Below are positions 55,146-64,000 of a stretch of 64,000 nt of DNA, piece after piece. Below the pieces are notes generated by a model. That model searched no databases, was not told the origin of the DNA, and saw nothing but the letters and a program-made list of their open reading frames with translations. Positions within the stretch are counted from its first letter, which is position 1, and each line of letters starts with the position of its first letter. The stretch is from Marsupella aquatica (Eukaryota; Plantae; Marchantiophyta), in the NCBI GenBank assembly GCA_973895155.1, contig OZ316897.1:18262457-18326456 (forward strand), read 5' to 3'. Made by a program: the position numbers and the translations under genes.

Positions 55146-58100
55146 ATGGCGGCGTGTTACGAATCAGATGATTATTCAGATGGAGTTTCTGATGATGTTT
55201 CATTGCCGGATGGCCCCTGCACAGTGGTTGGCCCAGATATCCCTGGAATAACTACTGTTTTAGATATGCCACCCCCCACCCCTATGAGCAAGTTAAAACG
55301 TAGTCCTTTACGACTTGCAATTAGTGGGAAGAAATCATTGGTTGGTGGTAAAGAGAGGTCAGGGAGCTCCTCTGACTCCTTGGAGAGTATTGGTCCCCCT
55401 GGACGTCAAGTTGTATCTCCTTTGTCACCAACAAAGGACAAATTGGGGAGTAATCTGGAAGGTTCAATGCCTATTTGGATGTCTGGGAAACGGTCTCATG
55501 AATTCATGAAGACTGGATTTGGAAAGACGAAGAAGGCACTAAGTGGGGAAAATGACAGAGATTTTTGCAGTCTCCAAAGTGTTCAGCGGCTGAAGCAAAT
55601 GCCAAAAAGTAAAACCTTTGGTAAGCCAACGTCGGAAACATTTCACAGGGGGATGAGGGAAGAAACTAGACGACCAGTGTTATTGAAAAGTATTCCAGAA
55701 AAGAATTCTAATGTGCGTTCCTCAGTTTTACCTAGGAGTCATGGTGTTGGGGCAGGGAGCGGATCAAGTCACGGAAACTCAAACAGGGAAACCAACCTGG
55801 TGGAGAGGGACCCTAGGAAAATATTGAAAGGGTCCCTACACGGTAATGGAGGGATTTCTGAAATACGCCCAGGTATTCCAAGGGTGCATAGAGTGAAGGA
55901 AGAGCCTCCATCTCCGAAGGCTGCAGGTCTGGAATCTAGGCATGTTCAGAAGCAAATGTTGGTGACCATTTCATCATCGAATGAAAGCGAGTCTTCGGAG
56001 AGTGGGGAGGATGATGATGTTCCGGTGGCATCTAGTCGTTACAAACGTACGAGCAACGCCACTTTGTGTGAAACAAAGTTGAAAGAGGAGGATATCAAGA
56101 AAACAAATAGTAAGTACTGTTGTCAGAGTCATTGTCTCCTAAGTCTATCTCCAAAAGAAATTCGTGAGGCGCGTTCTAAATTTTTGAGGCAGAAATCTCA
56201 GGATCGATCTTTATCTTTGCAGTGGCTTATAAAGCGAGACGGAAATGAAGGAGGGAGGCAGACTATATCTTACACGTTTGGTCAAAAGAGTATTTGTCGG
56301 AAAGCTTTCAAGCTTATATTTTGCGTTGGCAATCATAGATTAAATAGAATTTTGAAATTAGACAACCAAGACTTAGGATATTCTAAACCAGTTGGACGCC
56401 CTCCATTTGTTAAAAGATTAGTCTTGGTCAGTTGGCTTAGGTCGTTTTTTGAGACACGCGTGGAAACATTGCCAAATAAAGAAGTTTCACATTTACCGGA
56501 TAATTATTCAAAGCTGGAGGTATGGAAGATCTACGACTCCAACTATGCCAAGATTGATGAATCTTCAAAAATATCCTATCGACAATTCTTGAAAGTTTGG
56601 GTTCAAGAATTTGGTCATGTGAAGATTCCTCCAGTCAATCGATTCAGTGCTTGCGCGGATTGCGAGGAGTTCAAATCAATTCGGGACAAAGCTGTCTCGG
56701 AGACCGAAAAGAGTAAGTTACTTACAAGTTTGACAAGTTTTTGTTTCAAGAATATGGCTTAACACATGATTTCTAATTTTTTTTGAAGAAACTAACAAGT
56801 TGTTTTTCCAGGGCGAGGGGAAATTATGTTACAAAAACATAGAGACCAACAATCCAAAGAACGTGAGAAACTCGCGAAGCATCGTAAGAAATGTTTTTCA
56901 AATTCTGATAAATATTTGGGAGTTGTCATTGATGGGATGGATCAGAAGAAGACAAGGTTGCCTCATTGGCCGCGGCCCCCAAAATCGGTGGACGAAACAT
57001 GTTTGATCCAAATGCACGTTGTCGGATGCCTGGTTTTCAATGGTGCACTATTTTCAAGAGTGTTTCTTAATTATCCTGTATTGCATAATGATGGAAACTT
57101 GACAGTCACAATCCTGCAAAGGGTGTTTCACGAATGGGAAGAAAAGCCTGGTGGCTTGCCGCCTGTTCTCTATCTTCAACTTGATAATACCAGTAGAGAA
57201 AATAAAAATAATTTACTCTTTGCCTATCTTCATATGTTGATTCGAAGAAAGGTTTTTCGGAAAATCAAACTAGGATTCTTGTTGGTTGGACACACACACG
57301 ACCAAATAGATCAAATGTTCAGTCGATTTTCTAAACGACTAGCAAGGTTTAAGGCATTCACATACGAAAGCCTATGTGATATTATTTGTGAATCATATCA
57401 ACCCCAACCAAATATCACTCTTTTAAAGGAAACATATGATTTCCGTCAATATGCCTTCTCAGATCCACCTTTAGTCATTGAAAGGATTCGAAATGTTACC
57501 TTCCACCACCAGTACAAATTTGCATTTGACAAGTTGGAAAATCAAGTTCCAACCCAATGGGGGAAGAAGTTTTCCACGGACTCAACTTGGAAACCTGACG
57601 GAGGCGTGAAATTTTTGAGGGAAGAGGAGCCAGAAAAGGTGATGGGTTGTGCTCCCGGATTACCCCTTTTCAAAAAGGGGGATAAGAACGTTACAAGGAC
57701 TCAACCAAATATGTCTAGTTCTTCAAGAATGACTTTGAAGGAGATGGATGATTCGTTAAATGAGATTCAAAAGGGAATACTTGCAGTTGAAACTTTATTC
57801 TCAGAAGAGGAAGTGAACTGGTGGAGAATGTTTTTTGAAGAGCAACGGGAATTGAATAAATCTTTGCTCCTTGATCAAAGACCATTGATTTTCCCTTTTC
57901 AATGGCCACGCTCCCAAAGGGAGATTGCTGTTGCTGCTGAAGTTCCCAGAGTCCTTGTCAATGAAGAGGAAATTGAAGAGAGAGTATACGGACCTACCAG
58001 AGATATATACGTGGGTCCTTATCGGAATCAAGGAAAGATAGATGCAGAGAAGGAGAATATGGAAGGAGACTTTTCGGATCTTGAAGTCAACACTTATATT

Positions 58101-58403
58101 TCTGTTGCTGGAGAAGAATCGGAAACATTTTGGGTGGCCAAGGTGGAAAGAATTGACCAGCGCGACGAGTTCAACATTCCAAAAATGATTTATGTTTTAT
58201 GGCATGCTACAAAAACCGGGTCAGATCCTTGGAAAGCCAAGTACTTACCAGAAGTCTTAAACTACGAAAAGAAGAAAAGTGGTCGTGGGAAAGGAACTTT
58301 GAAACCAATATGGTTTCACCAAGAGCTTGATTTATCTTCAACGACTGTTTTTGCTTACAACTTCATGTTGACAAAATCTGATACATTGTACAAAAGACAG
58401 TAG
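55146..58403 (+). CDS. DUF7869-type (Sola-like) DDD transposase, 2 exons, ~1052 aa; true end may be 58543
   Basis: Exons 55146-56712 and 56812-58403 (GTAAGT donor, ACTAAC branch point, TTCCAG acceptor, in frame). Motifs CCxxxC, ICRKAF, CADC, IDGMDQ, LYLQLDNTSRENKN and FLLVGHTHDQIDQMFS. One extra A near 58392 would extend the ORF to TAA at 58541-58543. Confidence 0.85.
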
Positions 58404-61400
58404 ATCGAATCAAAATCCGATTGACTGAATTTTTGGCAGAAGAGAAAGAGCAAGAACAAGAGAATGGATCAACTAGAACCCCGCTAGGAGATAAATCTAG
58501 GGATATTTCGTTTCAAGAATTGAGGACTTCTGGATCTGAGTAATGAAAAGTAGTTATTGTTTGTGACATTACCATTGAAAAACATGGATAACTTGAAAAT
58601 TTACAAATTTTCAAAATGTCTTTACCACTTATTCATGAATTCATGGTTAAAGTTTCTTGAAAAATTTGTAGTTTAATATTATCTTAGTGGGTTGTGTTTC
58701 AATTCAATTAGATGGTGTCATTTCTATTCTCCTTGTCTTCTTTTCACAATAATGTGTATCAGGTTAAGTTGTAGTAATTTATTTTCTGGTTTTTAAATGA
58801 CAATGGCTTTTGGAGGTGATTTAGTTGTTGTTTCAAAAGACACCTCGTGTAATTGTGAGACCATTGTAGATAATAGTGTTGTATTTGAGATCATTTATTG
58901 GTGGAATGTAACTTCAGATGAATTTGGTCATTTTTAGGTGTCAAAACATAGCTAGTTTATGTCATATTTTGTTCGCTCCATATTTTTGCTCTAAAATAGG
59001 TGCTAATTTTTGCACTTTTTTTGACTTTTTCGTTGTTTTTCTGATTTTTTGGCTAGAGTTCCTAAAGTATGGGCTTGTTACTCATCATTTAAGGCTTCTT
59101 GTTAGCTGCTTAAATGCCCCCGTGTTCTCCTTTGCAGCTGACAGTTGTTGGCCTCTACTTGCACTCTGTTTGATCGAGGTGCAAATGTGAGCCGTCACTT
59201 CCGGGTTACCCTGCCTTACCCCCTTCCGGCCTCAACCCTATCTTGGTTATTGATTACCGGCAGCAGCCAGCACTAACATGCCCTAACCCTAATCGCGACA
59301 CTTAGTGGCCGTTACTCCTCTTTCTCCCGGCCTCGGCTTGGGTTCCATGTATACCCTTAGTTGTTTATGGTTTCCTTGTTTCTCTCCCCTTATACTAGTG
59401 GTTTTATTGTATACCACCTGGTTTTACCTCTTACACGGCCTAGTGATTCCTAGCTAGGCATCCTAGGGGCTTTGGATTTGTTGAGCATAGACGACATTCG
59501 CAACGGCAAGCCCATGAACCATCCAACGCACAATAGTCAACACAGAGAGATACGTGGTTCACCTCCACATGAGGCTACGTCCACGGGAACACACAAGAGC
59601 TTTACTGCACTCTAGGCCGAACGGCCATACCAAGCATCCACAGCACAAGCTCTACCTATCTCTCAACTAGCTCTGTAACAATGAGCCTTAGAAGTTCCAC
59701 CCAGGGTCTGGCATCAGCCCTGGCTTAATACACAACAGCACTACCGCTAACTTTAGCTAGGTCCTAACCCGAGTTACCCTAACTGTGGTTAGCTCATGAG
59801 TCACAAGACTAGAGCAATATCTTAGAGCATTCTGTCGTGAGATGCGCTCTCGTGATTTTTCCTCTAAGACTCTTAGTTGTCGTGAGTCCCTTCTCATGAT
59901 GGCTTTTTCTTGTTGTTCCAGACTGCACACGATTGTTCGTGCAAGAATTATGGACTCCATTATGGCTAGTGACTTTGCTGGCCTGATGAAAGGACGAATG
60001 CTAGGGTGAATTATGATGCCTGTGACTCACCTTCTTGTTCAAGAAATACTACATGTGTACCATTGTACACTCAGGAGAGGATTTTAAATCCAATGGGACT
60101 TTGATACATATGTTTTATTATAGGTTTCTTTTAGGCTAGCACTTTGATACATATGTTTTATTATAGGTTTCTCTTAGGCTAGCAAGAGTCACTTAGCGAG
60201 GATGTCTTCAGGACAAATTTTGGGTATTGCGAGTAGAAAATGTGCCCCTGAGTAAATTTTCGTCCGCTACAATGACCCAGTCTACAATTGCAGAAATAGA
60301 AAAATATGAAGTCGGTTTTATCAGAGTCTGTAGCTGATCTCACCTGGACGCCAAGGCAAGAAACGGTAGAAACTGTTCACGAGTACCTTCGCGAGAGGTC
60401 GTGCGAGAGGTCGTGGACAAATTGGTCAATTGGAATATGCCCTTTTGCCGGTCACTTGGAATTGATCAGCAATCTGCATTCACAAGCAAGTCCACTTGCA
60501 TCGGAAGGGAAATGAAAGCGATAACTCTCTCTTCGACTCTCTGTGTGGAGGCAACGAAAACCTTTAGTGAGTCCTCCATCGGCACACTCTCCACAAATAG
60601 AAACCGAACGCTGTAGACTGTGTTTCCGTCGGGACCAGTAGTGTGGCTCGGGAGGCAGAAATTTCAAGTTCAGGAGCCGACTATCTGTTCGGACGATGCA
60701 GGCGCATACGCTAGCAGAGAGAACGAGATTTACAGCTGTTGATGCAGTTCATTACACCGATGGTGCATTCCCTTTGGTACAGCCAATTTTAGTCTCTATG
60801 GTGATACACTGTCAACTTCAGATCCCCTTCTGAATGGAGCCGAGCTACTATATACAACTTTCCACACTGTCAAAACCATCATTTCGTTGATACATGGTAA
60901 TTTTTTTTTCATAATCACGATCGGGCCCAAGTTCTGGTCCACGCTTTGCTCTTACACAACGTCCAATCAACCCTGTCTCACTGGGTTCATCCGATACTGG
61001 ACATGCAAGATTGGATTTGTTAGGCCTAAAAGTCTCGAGCTGTTTGGTTGCTGCATGCTATGTGATGTCAGTTTGTCTCGAGTGTCAAGGGTCCTTTGCT
61101 TCTCTATGGCTTTTATTTGCAACATCTTCTATTTTACACACTTCACAGTGATATTTAAGATTTCCTGCCTGTTGGTTATGGTCCGTCTTGTGGCGGACAG
61201 GAGGCTGTTGGCGACTTGCAGGCAAAGGCGAAGCATTTCGATTTGGAAGTGACGGGCTCCAGCTTGCATGACCGGAGCCTACGCTCAAAGAGAGCAACGA
61301 ACTGATCAGGAGCTAATCTTTCAGGTGAGAGTCATAATTCATGTTACGGATCCTCGAAATTGACAGAGGTAGTGATTACTTGATCGACCGTCATCTAGGG

Positions 61401-62262
61401 TAACTACAGGACTTGGTGCTGGAGTTTAGCTAGACAGATTCCATTCGGCACTTGTCATCCGCAAAAGACAAAGAAGTTTGTGGACTACTTCCGAAGCTTT
61501 GCCGGCCAGAGCTGCCCGAGTCCTGTTTAATATAGACCCCCCATAGTCACATTGCGGGGCTGCGAACAGTTTATTTCTATCACCCGGAGATATCGCTGTT
61601 GTTTGGTAGTCGTTCTATCCATTCCATCCGTCTGTCGCTTGGGAATCCACAGCCCATCAGCTTCGATTTCTGATGACGTGCGTGTACTTGCGACCAATGC
61701 AATTGCTGCTTTGGACACTGAAATTGGTCATGGCCAAATGTTTTACTTGGTGATCTATATTCAAAATATTGATCTGCTCGGACTGAACAGGAGGTGCTTT
61801 GTGTACCAAATATTGATCACAGTTTCGATTCTAGACGATAGGAAGTGCTCGCTAACCATTGCGTTGCTAAGTAAGAGTTCTGTTATTGTTCCTCAATACG
61901 TCAAGTACTCAGAATTGATCGTGGTGGGGTACCACGGTTGTATCTGCACGAAATTTCATCATCCGTGGAACTATGTTGCTTCAACATGCTATAGAAATAC
62001 ACTCCAAGCAACAAAAAGATAGTACTGTAGAATCCATTGGACTTAGGTGTACGTGCGTAGTTACTCGATGAAAACGTGTGATGCGAACTAATTTCTGAAA
62101 ATTGAGTCCGGCGCAGGACGCTGAAATTTGGACTTAGGGAGTCTCTTCGTGCTGGCTTCTGCTGTATCTCAGTCCGAGAAGGGATATCCTCACGGAATTT
62201 GTTCAACAAAAAGGGCTGCTGAATCTTCGTTTGATTGCAAGTAGTTCGAAACTGGGTTCAAG

Positions 62263-64000
62263 ATGGCCGCAAGTAGCAGCGGCTGGGATGAAGCCGTGGC
62301 CTATTGGAGCAAAGTCGGAGAATTGGGCATGGAGGCTGCTCTTCGTGGAGCAGGATGTTCGGAACAGAGTATTGTTGAAACGTTGAGTGCGGTCAGAGGC
62401 AATGGAGATAGCTTCGAACTGGGAAAGTTGAATAGCCTGACACATCCTGAGTCGGCGAGAGCTGTGGTTCTTGCTACGATCGGTCGCGACATTTCACTTA
62501 CCAAGACAGTCGTCTCCAGTAGAGACGTTCGGGCTATGACCGTGAACGAGGCAGCTGCTCTTTGTGTCAACTTGTGTTCCAACACCAGTATCACAGTACT
62601 TTCCTTATACGATATGAAAGTGTTTGGTACTGTCAAGGGGTGCGGGCTCTTGGCCCATGCCTTGGCAACCAATTCGTCTTTGCTCCGTCTTTACTTGGTC
62701 GACGTTGACATGGGAGGTAATGGTGTGAGATGCCTACTGCATGGGCTAAAGTCAAACAAGACTCTCGCAACACTCGGTCTCGGGAACAACTCCCTGCTGG
62801 ATGAAGGAATCTCGTGTGTAGCTGAATCTCTGATCAATAACGCTACAATCAAATGTTTGCTCCCTGCCGACTCTGGTATGTCTCTCGAAGGCGCAAAACC
62901 GATGTCCTCGGTCTTGGCGAGCAACTCTACATTAAGGACTTTATTTGTTGGAGACGAAGCTATTGGGAGAGAAGGAATGAAGATGTTACTGTTGAATGAT
63001 GAAGCGAATGCCAACAGCCCGCAGAACACATCTTTGGAATGTTTGCACTTATATAACCCAAATCGGGATTGTGTGGAGTCCGTGACACATATGATCAAAA
63101 CAAACAAGTCCCTGCACACTTTAGGACTTCACCCAACAGGCAACGGCAAGACCTGCTTGGCGTCATTCCTGCCTACAGATTGGAAGGAGACAATTATTCC
63201 CGCCCCCACAGCAAATAGTACCCTCACGAACCTCGACTTGTTGGGATGTAACGGGGTGAGTGGAGAAGGCGTCTATGAGTCTCTGCTGGATCTGCTCCAA
63301 AACAGCGATACCGGATTAGAAAATATCTACGTTGACCAAACTGGTTTGGAATCCAGGCAGGGACAAATCAACGAAGAGCTTAGGATCAACAAGGAGTACC
63401 GATCTCGGCTCAAGGGTCAACCCCAAACGCCAACTACTTCTGGTCGTATCGTATTGTGCGGATATGGTTTTGCAGGTTCGCCGTTAAAACACACTTTTAA
63501 TGATTAGAGTTAAATAGAATTGAAACTTATCTGCTGAATGTGGTGTAACGCTAGGTCTATTGGTTGAATGGCAGGAAAAACAGAAATTTCCAAGACCATG
63601 AAGCGCATAGAGCATGGCACGCCTTACACTCACCCCGTCCAAATGTTTTGGAAGAGACTGATGCAATTGTATCCCTGTCTGCAACAAATCTTGCTTGGAA
63701 GCGATGCGCCCAAAGAACTGACAGCCCGAACAAGAGGATTTCAGGTAGTAGTTCTTGAGAAACAGCCATATTTGAAGTCCATTTGGGACTTCGCTGGGCA
63801 AAAGGAATACTATGCCCTTCATGACTACGTGTTCCCTGATTTCAAGAATTCATATTTTCTGTACGTCTGTAGTTGCCGATGTCTTCCGGATGATGCAGAT
63901 CCAAAAGGCAAAATTAAGGATGAAAGCGCCATTAGAGATGAGTGTGAGTATTGGATGAGATTTCTGGCGTCCAATTCCAAACAAGGCGGACGGAGTCAAT
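62263..64000 (+). CDS. Second TORNADO1-like LRR-ROC-COR gene, truncated by the window end
   Basis: Exon 1 is 62263-63475. Exon 2 runs open from 63575 to the end (GKT, RTRG, WDFAGQKEYY). Close paralog of 31698-36378, with the upstream flank (60280 onward) also duplicated. Confidence 0.88.

Larger units (their letters stand above)
50919..59088 (+). mobile_element. Sola-like (DUF7869-type) DNA transposon, ~8.2 kb, with transposase and ParB-methyltransferase cargo
   Basis: TTAA on both sides (50915-50918, 59089-59092). Inner imperfect TIR GGGATGAGTCCAAAGCC versus ATGATGAGTAACAAGCC (12/17). A perfect 15-bp inverted repeat lies just outside the TTAAs, so the alternative boundaries are 50900-59107. 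The superfamily call is inferred. Confidence 0.75.
40180..60279. mobile_element. ~20.1-kb composite insertion with 9-bp TSD
   Basis: Host sequence (cactgagtggtctaca(t/a)ttgcag, uninterrupted at ~24036-24060 and ~29903-29925) breaks at 40179 and resumes at 60280. GTCTACAAT is duplicated at 40171-40179 and 60280-60288. The ends are not clean TIRs. Confidence 0.8.

Noticed and set aside
59281-59292. Telomere-like CCCTAACCCTAA
   Set aside because: Only two units, within LTR-like sequence.
60098-60183. Short tandem duplication (~43 bp); a similar 31-bp one lies at 6068-6132
   Set aside because: Simple slippage-type duplications with no further structure.

Overview
Eukaryotic, intron-containing plant DNA, probably a bryophyte such as a liverwort (inferred from gene content). 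From left to right the window holds a frameshifted SDR gene, a frameshifted SbcD-like metallophosphoesterase gene, a non-autonomous Helitron-like element, and a decayed PIF/Harbinger transposon (TTA TSD) split by a 3.8-kb solo-LTR-like insert. Next comes a tandem array of TORNADO1-like LRR-ROC-COR genes whose LRR surfaces have diverged. The array is interrupted by a ~20.1-kb composite insertion (40180-60279, 9-bp TSD). Nested in it is an ~8.2-kb TTAA-flanked Sola-like (DUF7869-type) DNA transposon. It carries a spliced transposase and, divergently, an intact 3-exon gene for a ParB-like domain fused to a prokaryote-type beta-class N4C/N6A DNA methyltransferase. A 40-bp palindromic repeat array lies between the two genes. 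The outer element carries a second, decayed methyltransferase of the same class. This transposon-borne ParB-methyltransferase module is the most interesting system in the window. All calls were made by eye; no database searches were run.
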